Assembly (NCBI RefSeq): GCF_000143415.4
Contig: NW_003314276.1
Location: 1,242,574-1,306,573, forward strand
Reading direction: 5' to 3'
DNA length: 64,000 nt
Origin: Selaginella moellendorffii
Taxonomy: Eukaryota; Plantae; Lycopodiophyta
In this document: one piece after another, positions 50,461 through 63,300 of the stretch
Position numbering within the stretch: position 1 is the stretch's first letter
How the letters are laid out: every line of letters begins with the position of its first letter
Notes under the pieces: generated by a model
What the model was told of the DNA's origin: nothing
Seen by the model: the letters and a program-made list of their open reading frames with translations, nothing else
The model's database searches: none
Position numbers and translations under genes: made by a program

Positions 50461-50864
50461 TGGAGAACTACAAAATCACCTCTACAATGATCTTGTGAAT
50501 CCTCTCTAATCTAAACTAGATCCAAACATAAAAAGGAAAGAAATACTTAGCCATGTGCTATTGCTAAGATGTTGATGCTGAGATTGATGCACATCTCACA
50601 GCCTTGATCCCCAGAAGGCAGTGAGTAAGATAGGCATGGAAGAGAAGAGTAGATGTTGAGCAAGTGGAGTGTATGTTATTATGGCCAAGGATATAAAAGA
50701 CAGAAAAGGGGATAGGTCTGGCGTGCTATCACCAGCCTATATAACCACTACATGCCCAGTCATCCAAGTCAAGAATTTAGACCGGGAGAAATCCTGATCT
50801 CAATTCCTAACTCAGGAAATGCCTTCGTGCGAAAATCATGATGCAAAATGCATGTACCTCTCTA
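50461..50864 (-). repeat. 5' LTR of E
   Basis: Adjacent to the Arg-type PBS. Confidence 0.93.
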
Positions 50865-53800
50865 AAATCTAACTATGAAGAGTCTAAATGTAGGTTGAAG
50901 ATGAAACACAAAGGATTTCAAATCTTCAAAACCTATGGCTCACTATAGATAATTATTGAATAAAATTTGTGTTGCTGAGGTCAAAACAAAGCTTTGCAAT
51001 AATGACATAGTACCTAGCTCTTTTATGATTGATTTTGGAGCCACTATTCACCTATCTTGGCATAAAGATCATTTTGTCAAGTATAGAAATTGTCTTGGCC
51101 AACATGATGTGTAGTTAGGAGATAACAGTGAGCATGGATGGTGTTCATAGAATTGGTGATATCAATATCTATATTCCTACTCTTTAATAAAATTTATTGT
51201 CTATCACTAAGATTGCTAACATGGGTAATAATTTATATTTTAATCATAAAGTTTGTGTCATTCAAAATGCACAAACTCATGATGTGGTTGCTATAGCTCC
51301 CAAAGAAGGAAATCTATACTAGCTCAAGGTCAAGGAGTCTACCAACTATTTGATTCTTACCTCCATTTGTAAAGGCATAGATCTATGGCATAAAAGACTT
51401 GACCATTGCTCATTGTCTAGGATTTCCACCTTAAGGAACATGGTAAATGGTTTGAATGTATCTAATGAGCTAAATCTTGCTCTATGTAAAGCATATGCAC
51501 TTGGAAAGCACCATTGTTAATCTTTTAAAATGATTAGAAGCCAAGCAAGCAATTTGCATGAGCTCGTCTATGTTGATGTTTGTGGTTTAGTGCAAATTCC
51601 CCCTAAGTATTTCTTGACTTTCTTAGTCACAAGATCTTAATTATTGAACAAGAAATCTGAGGTCTTAAATTGTTTTGTAAATTGGAAAGGCTTGGTCAAA
51701 AATCAAACCAATTGTCAAATAAAAAAGTTAGGCACAAATAATACCAATAAATTTATGAATTATACCTTTAATAGCATATGTTCTCAAACTAGAATCCAAC
51801 ACTAGCTCATAGAACCATACATGGCTCAACATAATGGAGTGGTAGAGTGCACCATTATGGACATAGCTTAATGCCTTCTTACTCAATCTAATATTTGATA
51901 ATAAATGTTTTGGGCAAAGGCACTTTATTCCTTCAACTATTGACCTATTGTGGTAGTTAAAGAAATAACCCCTTTATGCATTTGGGTGCATGATATATCA
52001 ACATGTTCCAAAAGAGTTGCATACAAAATTTAATCTAAGGAAAGGTTTATGTTTGTTAAAATATCTGATTTCAGTTTTCATACTTAAAAATTGATGGATT
52101 TCGTGACAACCATGCTTCACATGTATAAGTAGGAAGAAGTGGTATTTTCTTAAGGAAATCTTTTTTTTCTCTCAATCCTCTTTTATTCCTTATAAAATTC
52201 TATATTCTTAATTTTAGAATGATGCTATTTTTTATGCTTATTTTTCAAACAATGCTCAACAAAGTGGAGTTAATCTAAGATTGTTTGAGCAAAGAAGAGC
52301 TAATTTAGTCATTAAAGTCTTAGCTCAACCTTCTCTTATAAGATATAAGGTTGTTTTGACTCTAGTAGCATTCAACAAAACTACTCTTGAACCACTTAAA
52401 CAAGGAAAAATGTGAAAATTCCAAAAAGCCTTTGAAAATGCTAAATAATTTTATGTTGTTTTATTAGAATTTTATATAGCTGCATATATAATAGAGCTTT
52501 CTTCATTCAAGGAAGCTACTAAAAGTGAGAAATGACAAATAAATCAAGTCTATCACTTGTATGCACACTTTTCATAAAGTGGTTCTTCCAATTAAACTTG
52601 CAGATCTTGGCAGTCAATAGGTTTACAAGAAGAAGCTCAAGCTTAATGGTTTCATTAATTGTCATAAAGCTTAGTTCATTTCACAAAGCTAGAAATAACA
52701 ATATGGTATAAAGTATTTCAAGACATACTCTTCAGTAGTAAAGATGAAAAGTGTTTAAATTTTGCTTATTTTAATTATATGCTTTGATCTTGAGATTCAT
52801 TACATTGACATTAAGACTGCTTTCTTAAATAAAGACTTGCAGAAAGATGTTTACATTCAACAACCAAAAGGTTAACCCAACTTGAGAAATAACATCTTAT
52901 ATGGAAGCTCAAGAAAGCTCTTTATAGCCTTAAGCAAGCCTTGAGAGCATAGTGGCAAAAAAATAAATATTTTCTTTAAAACTAAAGGAATTTTTTTTAT
53001 CACTCTTGAATTTAATGTTTACATCAAGCAAGAAAGGAAGTTTCTACTTATTTTTTCTCTCTACATTGATAATTCACTCTTGATTAACAACTATTGTGAG
53101 TATTTACAAATTTTCACGACTAACCTTGGAAAAACTTTTGCTATGAAGGATCTTGGAGAAGCTTGATATTTTTTTAATCTTGAGATTCATCATGATATGA
53201 AAACAAGGTCTCTTTACATCTCTCAACATCAATATTTAACTAAAGTCCTTATTTGCCTATAAGTAGTATTAAGTTCTTGATAAAAGTTGAGTGTCCTAGC
53301 AAGAAAGAGTGTTGAGCCATAACAAAGGTACCATTTCAAAATTATCTTGGGAGTTTAATATACATTATGATGTGCAACTGTCCAAATTTGGCTTATGTTG
53401 TCATTGCTCTTAACCAATTTTTTACCAATCACATCAAGACATAGGTAAATTTTTTATGTGCTATATAAAGGAAACTCTTGCTTTTGGAGTGTTTGGAAAA
53501 CATGTCAACCATGCAATTTGCAAAACATCTGAAATAAACCTCCTCCTTACAACTTTCCATTGGAATGCCATGCCTTTCTAGAAAGCTTTCACCTTAACAA
53601 GTTCTTTTCCATCACCAAGCTCATCCATCTGTCAGGAATCCCCCAATTCTTGCCACATTCCTGACTCTCCCCGGATTCCTGACCTGCAGACCACATTCCT
53701 GACTCTCGAGACACTTCCCTATTCCTGACTCTCGAGACACTTTCCTATTCCTGACTCTCGAGACACTTCCCGATTCCTGAGTCTCGAGCCACATTCCTGA

Positions 53801-54018
53801 TGATGATGTGGCGCCTCCTCGACCTCAGTTATATTTAGGCCGTCCTCGATCCAAGAGTGGTGGAGCTTCATCAACCTATAGTATATATAGGTTAGCCTTG
53901 TTCCATTTCTCCACAATCTGAATCAACGCCAGTCTAAGGCCTCTTCTTTGTTTCCACTAGCTTTTCTCTTTGTCTTTTTGCATTTTCCAATCTTGATCTT
54001 GTCAAGGGTCTTGACAGT

Positions 54019-54033
54019 TTGATTCAGATTGTG
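54019..54033 (+). promoter_or_regulatory. Self-priming PBS of F
   Basis: TTGATTCAGATTGTG is the exact reverse complement of 53912-53926, ~30 nt downstream of TATATATA (53882-53889). Confidence 0.85.
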
Positions 54034-54115
54034 TTTTTTCGTTTTTTGATTTAGCTCGTTTTGATTGTTTGATTACCTTTGCCTTTTTTTCCCCCTTTTT
54101 CCTTTCTTCTTGCCA

Positions 54116-57100
54116 ATGGAGTCTCCAAGCCATCTTGATTTCTTTGCTAATGTCCTTGCAAAAATCCAGTCTGAGAATACCGAGCTGAAGGCAACCCTTC
54201 TTCGCATGCAGCAGGAGCTTGCTTCACTTTCGGCTCAAGGATCCAGCAAAGTTCCTGAACTGAAGGTGAGCTTCCCAGCGAAATTTTCAGGCAAGCGTTC
54301 AGAGCTTCGCAGATTCCTGAACCAGATGGAGTTGATCTTCGCACTTCAACATCGGCGGTACCCTACTCCCGAGTCTCAAATCGGCGCGATTGGGACGTTG
54401 CTCGAAGGTGCAGCTTTGTCATGGTTTTCTCCTCTTCTGGAGAAGAGCATGAAAGGGGTCGTGGTTCCAAAGCTGATGGATCTTCAATTGTTCAAAGAGA
54501 AGCTCGAAGCATGTTTTGGCGAGACGGATCGGGTTCGGGCTGCTACCACAAAGATGAGATGTCTCTCTCAGGGGTCTCGTCCTGCCTCGATCTACGCTAC
54601 AGAGTTCCAACTCCTTGCTTTGGACACTCAGTGGGATGAGCGGGCCTTGATTGACCAATTTCGTTTCGGCCTCAACAACGGTGTCAAGGATTTGTTGCTC
54701 ACCATGGAGGATCCCAAGGACCTGTCGGATGCCATCAACAAAGCTGTTCGATGTGACAATCGTCTCTTTGAACGTCGTCAGGAAAGTCGCCGTGCCGCTG
54801 TTTTTCCGTCCCAGACTCAGGAATCCCAGCTTGAGTCTTTGGGGCATACTCCTGAACCTACTGCTCCGGTTCCAATGGATATTTCTAGTACTCCCCGACT
54901 CATTAGAGGGAAGTTGAGTCCTGCTGAGAAGCAACGTCGAATATCTCATAATCTTTGCCTCTATTGTGCTGATCCTAATCACAAAGCAGCTGTATGTCCC
55001 AAGAAGCCTCCTCGACTGCTCGAGTTCACTCTGCCTCAAAGTCCACCTCTATTGCAGTCGGGAAACGACCCTGTCCAAACAGACTCCTCACCACCTTTCA
55101 TCAAAGCCACCACCAATTCCCGCAACTTCCACGTCCCATGTCTCCTTTCTTTCACCGGACAATTAGGACTCAAGGCTCTGGCATTACTGGACTCGAGTGC
55201 AACTTCCTGCTTCATGGACACGGACTTTGCTGCCCAACATCACGTTCCTCTTTCTCCTACCATACGGGATTTGAGGGTTGAAGGCATCGGCGGGCATTTT
55301 GTGTCTCCATCTTCTGGACTTAGGGAAACATTGCCCGTTCGAGTACACATCGGGTCCACCATCACCGATATCGCCTTCAACATCATCAACAGCAAGTCCT
55401 CCTCTGCGGTGCTCGGTCTTCCTTGGTTCCAACTACATCAGCCTCAGATCTGTTGGAAGGAATTACAGCTCATCTCTCCCACGGCTTCCCCTGCTGTTCA
55501 TCGAGTTCGAATCAGGAAAAGTTCCCTAAACTCAAATCGGGGTTCTGTTCCTAACTCTATAAAGTTTTCACCCTCTTCTTTTTCCTCTCTTCCATCTTAT
55601 ACTGGACCGTATCCTCGTCTCATCATTCCATTTAGTCGTATGCCTCCTCCTATCTCCACAATCACTATGAAAGAACTCCTTCATGAAGAACCTCTTTTTC
55701 TTTTTGCTTTGCATGTTTCTCCTATCAGTTTTCCTGAGAAGTATCATGATTTTGGGGATGTGTTTGACAAGAAAAAAGCTAGTGTACTGCCTGTTCATCG
55801 GCCTTATGATTGTCCCATTGATTTACAGGAAGGAGCGTCACCTCCGTGGGGGCCTATCTATGGGTTATCCCCGTCCGAGCTTAAGGCCCTCAAAGAGTAC
55901 GTGGATGAGAACCTTGCCTCGGGCTACATTCAGCATTCGCAGTCCCCAGCTGGAGCGCCTGTCTTCTTTGTCAAGAAGAAGGATGGGAGCTTGCGGCTAG
56001 TCATCGACTACCAAGGTTTGAACAAGGTGACTGTTCGGAACCGTTATCCGCTGCCCCTGATCTCGGACCTGTTGGAATGCCTCGGCGGTGCCCGCTTCTT
56101 CACCAAGATCGACCTCCGTGGAGCATACAACCTGATCCAGATCCGGCCTGGTGATGAATGGAAGACTGCGTTTCGAACCCGCTATGGCCACTTCGAGTAC
56201 ACTGTCATGCCATTTGGCTTGACAAATGCTCCAGCAGTTTTCCAACACATGGTGAACGACGTCTTTCAGGAGTTTCTTGATCAGATGGTGATCGTCTATC
56301 TCGATGACATCCTCATCTACTCAAAAACTCAGGAGGAGCATGATGAACATGTTCGCAAGGTGCTAGCGAAGCTGCGAGAACACGGCCTATACGCGAAGCT
56401 TGAGAAATGTTCCTTTGATCAGCAGTCTGTGGAGTTCCTTGGGTACATTGTCACTCCTGAGGGTATCACGATGGATCCTGCCAAAGTCAAGACTATTCTC
56501 GAATGGGAGCCTCCACAATCAATGTCGGACGTTCAGGTTTTCCTTGGCTTCGCCAACTTCTACCGCAAATTCATTGATCACTACTCTGACATTGTCCTTC
56601 CTCTCACACATCTCACTCGCAAGGATGTTCCCTTCTCTTGGTCTGCTGCTGCCCAGTAGGCCTTCGACACACTCAAGGCGGCCTTCAGTTCTGCTCCTGT
56701 CTTGATCCATGCTGATTCCTCACAACCTTTCTTCATCGAGGCTGACGCCTCCGACTTTGCCATTGGTGTTGTGCTGTCTCAACTCGGAGCGGATCACGAA
56801 CTTCATCTAGTCGCTTTCCATTCTCAGAAATTCTAGCCTGCGGAGATCAATTACGAAATTCACGACAAGGAGCTCCTTGCCATCGTGGATTCCTTTGGAG
56901 AGTGGCGCCGTTTCTTGGAGGGGGCGAGCCATCAAACAACAGTCTGGACGGATCACAAAAATCTCGAGTACTTTGCCACTTCCCGAGTTTTAAGCCGTCG
57001 TCAAGCAAGGTGGGCACAATTCCTGAGTCGGTTTGACTTTGTTATCAAGTACAGACTTGGAAAGTTTCAAGGCCTTCCTGATGCTCTTTCAAGGCGCTCC

Positions 57101-58759
57101 TATCTCAGTCTCAGGCCTGGTAATCCTGCCTTCGATCAACAGGATCAAGTTATCCTCGGTCCTGATCGGCTTCAAGTTATGGCAATTTCCCTGGCCCCTC
57201 AGGACTCCTCCTTGATGGATGCAATCAGAAATGATCTTCAATCCGATGATCTCGCTAGCGACATTTTCCCCCATCTTCAAGCTGGACACCCAGTGACTCC
57301 CGACTGCCGGCGATTTGACGAGTTCGAGTTCTTAGATGGCTTATTGTACCGTGGGGAGCAGCTTTACGTTCCTGAAGGTGATGCTCGAAGGTTGGTCCTG
57401 ATGGCGTGCCACGATAGCCTGACTGCTGGTCACTTCAGCATTGCGAAAACCTATGAGCTAGTTGCACGGGACTTTTGGTGGCCTCACATGGACGACTACA
57501 TCAAAGCTTTTGTTACCTCCTGTGACACTTGTGCCCGGAATAAGGTACCTCGCCACCTTCCTTCAGGTTTGCTTCGTTCCCTTCCGGTCCCTTCAGGTCC
57601 TTGGGAATCCATCTCCATGGATTTCTTGAGTGATCTTCCGAGTTCTGGAGGCTTCAACAGCATTTTAGTCGTGGTGGATCGCTTCACAAAGATGGCGCAC
57701 TTCTTGCCATGTACCAAGGAGTTTTCGGGCAAGGACATGGCAAAACTGGTATTTAGGGAAATTTTCCGACTTCATGGGATTCCTACAGATGTGGTTTCGG
57801 ATCGGGGGCCTCAGTTCATCTCTCATTTCTGGCAACAGTTTTTGCAGCTGCTTGGAGTGAAAGCCAACCTCTCTTCGGCATATCATCCTCAAACTGATGG
57901 GCAGTCCGAGCGAACGATTCAGACGTTGGAACAATTCTTGAGGTGCTTCATCAACTATCATCAGGATAACTGGTTCGATATCCTTCCCCTTGCTGAGTTC
58001 TCCTATAACAACTCTGTTCACTCCTCTCTTCGAGTTTCCCCCTTTGCGAACTCTGGCCGAAATCCCTGATTCAATCTCTCACTTCGTTCTCCATCTGAAT
58101 CCTCTCGTTCAAATCCCCGCTCTAAGGCATTTATCTCCAACCTCCAGGAAATCCACAACTCCATCTCCTTCCACCTCCATCGTGCTCAGGAATTTCATAA
58201 AACATTTGCCAATGTCCATCGTCAGGATTGTCCCCCTTACAATATCGGGGATAAAGTCTGGCTCCTCAGGCGAAATATCTCCACCACCAGGCCCTGTCCA
58301 AAACTCGATTTCAAACACCTTGGTCCTTTCCCTATCACTGCCATCATTAATCCTGTCACTTATCGCCTTGCACTTCCCTCCTCATACCAAATTCACCCTG
58401 TTTTTCACTCCTCTCTCCTTGAGCCTTATATTCCCAGTCCTATTCCAAATCGGGTCATTCCTCCGCCTCCACCAGTGCAGCTCGAGGATGGGTCTGAGTA
58501 CGAGGTTCAGGACATCCTTGATTCCAAGATTTCACAGTCTAAACTCTACTATCTGGTGGACTGGAAGGGTTACGGACTTGAGGAACGCACTTGGGAACCT
58601 GCAGACAACCTGCTTCATTCTCCTGACCTTGTTCAGGACTTCCATTGCCGTTATCCTTCTCATCCCAGTCCTCATTCTTTTTCTCCATCTCCCATCCCTC
58701 ACCGCTCATCTCATCCTCCTCTTCGTTCTCGTTCACATCCTCGTTCCACTCGTTCTTGA
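54116..58759 (+). pseudogene. gag-pol of F (gag-PR-RT-RH-INT-chromodomain), nearly intact
   Basis: PAKFSG gag, PVPMDI, CLYCADPNHKAAVC, LLDSSAT, YLDDILI, EADASD, HDSLTAGH..CDTC, EYEVQDIL..YLVDWKGY..TWEP; gag to RT in one frame; stops at 56657 and ~56834, stop/frameshift near 58067. Confidence 0.95.
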
Positions 58760-59738
58760 GGAGGGGGTGCTGTCAGGAATCCCCCAATTCTTGCCACATT
58801 CCTGACTCTCGCCGGATTCCTGACCTGCAGACCACATTCCTGACTCTCGAGACACTTCCCTATTCCTGACTCTCGAGACACTTTCCTATTCCTGACTCTC
58901 GAGACACTTCCCGATTCCTGAGTCTCAAGCCACATTCTTGATGATGATGTGGCGCCTCCTCGACCTCAGCTATATTTAGGCCGTCCTCGATCCAAGAGTG
59001 GTAGAGCTTCATCAACCTATAGTATATATAGGTTAGCCTTGTTCCATTTCTCCACAATCTGAATCAACGCCAGTCTAAGGCCTCTTCTTTGTTTCCACTA
59101 GCTTTTCTCTTTGTCTTTTTGCATTTTCCAATCTTGATCTTGTCAGGGGTCTTGACACCATCTTCCTTTCTTTATTTCTCTTGTTACTTACAGGAACATC
59201 AGCTTGTTAGATAATAGAGATAGCCATAAATCCACAACAAGGTTTTTCTTCTAGTTTGGAATAAATCTTATTCTTTGGACTAGCAAGAAGAAAACTCACA
59301 TTACTCTTTCTTCTACAAAAGCAAAGTATTTTGCTACATTAATTTCTTCCAAAGAAATTCTTTAGTTTCAAGAATTTCTTGCTCATGAGCAATCCTCTAT
59401 ATCAATTACTTTCTATGTTGACAATAAAGAAACTATTAATTAGTTGCAACACTAGAAGTTTTGGCATGTTGCCAAACACTATCACTATATTAAAGATCTG
59501 ATACATATACAAATTCCATTAGAGTCATGGGCAAGCCTTGACTAAGGAGGAAGCAATAGTAACAATCAAAGAGTGTTGGAGCTGAAATCCAAGATGTGAT
59601 AGATGCTTTGAATCAAAGATGTAATTTCAAGTGAAACTTCTATACATAACAGTGGTTCTTTCTTGTTTCAAGTAAGCAATTGTTTCTAATTTCCTTCTAT
59701 TCATTCTTTGCTCTCATTTCTGGTCCTTTATTATAGTT

Positions 59739-59760
59739 ATGGGGAGAAGATGATGATAGA
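59739..59760 (+). pseudogene. P450 continuation (WGED) after copia G
   Basis: DKEL|WGED restores the CYP72-clan H-x-D-x-E-L-W-G-x-D motif across the insertion. Confidence 0.55.
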
Positions 59761-60311
59761 CTGAGGAGTTGTGAGAGAGGACTCTAACCTTACTACCCCT
59801 AAATGCCATGTGGCAGGAATTGGGCACTAACACTCCCACTTTGGCACAGAAGAGCATGGGACTGGTGGAGACTGGTCTTTCCTAGGGATGGTCTGGCCAC
59901 ATTAGTGCTCCTGGATCCAGTGCACAAGTGTTGCAAGTGCTTCCGCCCTCTTCTCCTTGTTTGTCAGTGGTCATCTGCACCATTCAGATTGGCCATTGGA
60001 TTGTTTCAACCCAATATCATGTGAGAATAATCAGTTAACTTCATAGCATGTCAATTACATTGTTATATATCTAGCTATGTGTCCCTTGGACCATCACTTG
60101 ACAAGCTTATGTGGAGATCAGCCAGGATCATAAACGAGCCCGAGTAGGTATTGAGCACTCACGAGTTGAGCTCATGACTTCTCAAACACAAGGAAAATAT
60201 TGGTTCATCCCGAACCAACATCTTTTCATTATTCAAATTTTGATTTAATCTATATTTCCAAGTAAATTCGATCAATAAAATACAAATATAGATCCGAACA
60301 CTAAAAGCGAT

Positions 60312-63300
60312 CTAAAAACACTTCTCAAGCTCTACAATTGTAAAGCTTGCTTGATGGATATGATGGTCAACCTTAGGATCTTGGTTTAGTTCTTGCATAA
60401 AAATGTAATAGATGTGCTTGTAGGCTAAATATACCTTTCCCCTGTTCTCTCTTTGTGTAAAATCTGGATAAGTATAGGATGGATTTTCACAGACTTTGAT
60501 AGTGTAGCTCGTACCCTTTGACGACTCAATCACAACAACAAACTCCTTAGCCATGGCACTGATGCAGTTTATCCTTGTGATTGTGCATTTTAACGCCTTT
60601 GCCAGCTTGATTTTCTCTTGTGCACCTTTTGAAATAGAAGATCTGTATTGTACAGCCTTCCCATTCCTAGCTAGTCGTGTATGCTGATTTAGTGTTGATA
60701 TTGGTGGCATAGCAATATTAACATCAACATTTGAGGAAGTCTTCAACTTGAAACCAACTCTTTCCAGACTTTCAATCTCGTCTTTCAAAAGATTGCAGCT
60801 TCACTCAATTGGCCACTCCTTTGGCATAGAATCTGGCTTCGAGATAATTGAGCTGTGGATCCAGTTTGTATGAGTAATATCAATCCCACAATAGTAAATC
60901 CAACTTGACTGGGGGCCCTTTACCCCTAGATCTCGACAACTCTAGAAACATGGTACTGCTGAAGAACTTGAACCTGAGTGCACAAATGCAAGACATTGAC
61001 CTCGACTCCCAATCATTCTGGAGCAACGCACATTACTCTTGGCACTAACTCTTTAAATTGCCCAGTTGATACAAAAAATTGGCTTACGAGCAATAATCTT
61101 CTCAACCTTTGGCACTGAATTTACTTATGTAACAATTGGTACCTCCTCCACTCCATGTTCCTTAGTTCTTCTCTGGTGTCGTGGAACAGAATGGTAGTCA
61201 AACTTTGGATGGTGAGAGCTAGAAGGAGTGATGTTGGGCCTATTAAATGTCTATCGACACTTCAAACGAGCTATCCTCATATCCCTAAGTGGTTCATAAT
61301 TTGATTCCATAGGAGTTCCAGTAACAACTTCCTCCACCATCTTAGATATTGATCTGCTGCTAGTGTTGTCCTTCTACCAACCCACTCTCGAAGCTTGTCT
61401 AAGTTTGGACCTGTACCAACAACCCTTGCTTCCTATGCAGCCAAAGCTTTTGATGATTGCTCAAAAGATTTAGTGAGGTCAGAGAGTGTAGCTTCATAGA
61501 GGGACATTTTTCCTTTCACTACTTCGGAAGCTCTTCAACTCTAATATTTGCTCTCATAGAGATTAATTGTTGGTGTAAGTGCAATGTCATTAAGTGGTTG
61601 ATCCTAAGAAAAATGCAACATTTGAATGTGACAAGAAAAGAAAATGAAAGAAAACTTACATAGAGAATATAATGGCCCCACTAAAACATTCGAACTTCCC
61701 ACCATACAAGCCAACACTCCATTTGTGGAAGGTGTTCAATTGGCACTTTATCTCCTTCATGCCACCATATGCGCATCTCATTTGTTTTTGCCTCGTGCTC
61801 CTTTTTAGTTGGTGCATTCATCCATTCCCGACAAAGCTACTTGAACTTGTGATGGAAGCTAAACTTGATGCATTGGCAATGTTCATTAACGCTCTTTGCC
61901 CAATGAAACTCACAACTCTTCTCTCTACCTTGTAACAACTAACTTTTATCACCTCTAAATACTTATCATACAGTGAACCAGTTAGCACCAGTAGCATCTG
62001 TCATTAAACCACGAAAGTTGGGTTTCTTCCCGGTTTGCTGTTCAACAACCTTGGACATACATATCCAAAAGACGGTTTGTGCTTGGAAATCTTGAACCTT
62101 GAATTCGACTATAGCTATAGTCAAGTTGCATTGCAACCTATAGAAGGAATGGTTATAATGTAAATCAGAATGGAATCCTTAAAAAATGAATAACCACTTA
62201 TTTGTGATCATCAACATGAGCTCCCATTGTTGACCAGCTTGAAACTCATTCCATGTGGTCGAAATGGATCCAAGAATTAACTAAGTCCCTGTCTCCATCC
62301 ATATCCATTCGTTGTACAAGGTCCACACTAGAAGTAGGACTAAGGGTGGACATCTTAAAGATGAAAGGGCATTGACTGTTCGAAGTCACTTGGCTAATGA
62401 ACAAACTCTCATGAATAAATTCATAAGGACATTTTCTTTTTAACTCCAAAATCACATCCAATCTAAATTGAAGCTTTCCATCTTGCCCTTCTCACATTTA
62501 ATTCTTTATTCTGCTAAAATAAAGAGTGTTTCTAGTGACAAAGTAGAGTTAAATATTAGCTTATACCTATTTAAATTTGTCATGGGTTCTATATTTCAAA
62601 GTAGGTCCTTTAAGCTGTTTTCCATAAACTCTTTTTTGCTATTAGCTTGTAGCAATGTGTCCACCATATAGTCCTTTAGTACAAACTGTTGAACACACTT
62701 TGGAGTTGTGGCACTTTTCTTCCCAGCCTCTGTAGTAACAGCAGCCTTCAAATTGCAAAAAGAATCAAGATGGATTCCTTCCTCTATTGTGTGTTGGTGG
62801 TATCCAACATGCACTGTTGCTCTGCCTAAACATCCATCCCATGGAAGAAAATAATACATTTTTGCATCACAACATGCTTGACAAATAGGTGTTGCCTCAC
62901 ATTTGCGACACCTAAACCCTGTAGCAACCTCATCACACCTAGGGGGATTGATTGCTGAGCCTTCAAAAAAACACATATTCTTGCCATGATCAGAAATGCA
63001 TTTCTCAGTGACACATTGAAGCTATTCACCACAATGGACTATGGACACAGATCCGTCGAAATGGGAGAAGTGGGTCATCTTTACTCTACACCAATTATGT
63101 GGATCAAGATGCATTTCCATGCCCCTCTTCTTGCTTGACAAATTGGCCGATGGAAATTCAAAGAATATATTCCTATTATAGGAAGACGAAAGCTCCTCAT
63201 CTCTCATGTATTGGAACTCCTTCAATTCCAACCGTAATGATCAAGATTGCCGAAATGCCTTATTCACCACTTCAAAAACTAGTCCAGAAGAAACACATCT

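Larger units (their letters stand above)
37325..50864 (-). mobile_element. Non-chromovirus Ty3/gypsy-derived element E (Tat/Ogre/Athila-like), lacking pol, ~5.4 kb without C
   Basis: 404-bp LTRs 37325-37728 and 50461-50864 (~6 differences); TSD AAATT/AAATC; minus-strand PBS TGGCGACCACGGTGGGA (50441-50457) resembling the complement of a tRNA-Arg 3' end; gag fragment present. Confidence 0.88.
53630..59157 (+). mobile_element. Ty3/gypsy chromovirus F (Tcn1/Tf1-sushi-like), structurally complete
   Basis: 387-bp LTRs 53630-54016 and 58771-59157 (~6 differences); perfect TSD CCATC; PPT GAGGAGGGGG ~58758-58767; no tRNA PBS. Confidence 0.97.
36348..59733 (+). mobile_element. Old, highly degenerate Ty1/copia element G (host of E and F)
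   Basis: Diverged short LTRs ~36348-36512 and ~59574-59733 sharing AGTGGTTCTTTCTTGTTTCAAGTAA; degenerate PBS TAGTATTGGAG; gag (FDGSRNFSSWRYWMELIL), PR (IDFGATIH), INT (LWHKRLDH), RT (LKKALYSLKQA, MKDLGEA) and RNaseH in copia order; the P450 resumes after it. Confidence 0.8.

Noticed and set aside
53695-53800. CRISPR-like short repeats
   Set aside because: Head-to-tail units with no unique spacers, inside a eukaryotic LTR, and no cas genes.
54419-55039. 206-aa antisense ORF in F (and similar ones in D and in B LTRs)
   Set aside because: Shadow frames of coding or GC-rich sequence with no recognisable motifs.
54065-56659. Domesticated PEG10/RTL-like host gene
   Set aside because: Flanked by paired LTRs, PPT and TSD, and has premature stops, so it is a transposon copy.
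59803-60024. P450 heme-binding exon (CGRNWAL resembles CIGQNFAL)
   Set aside because: No FxxGxR or PERF motif upstream; the similarity is too weak.
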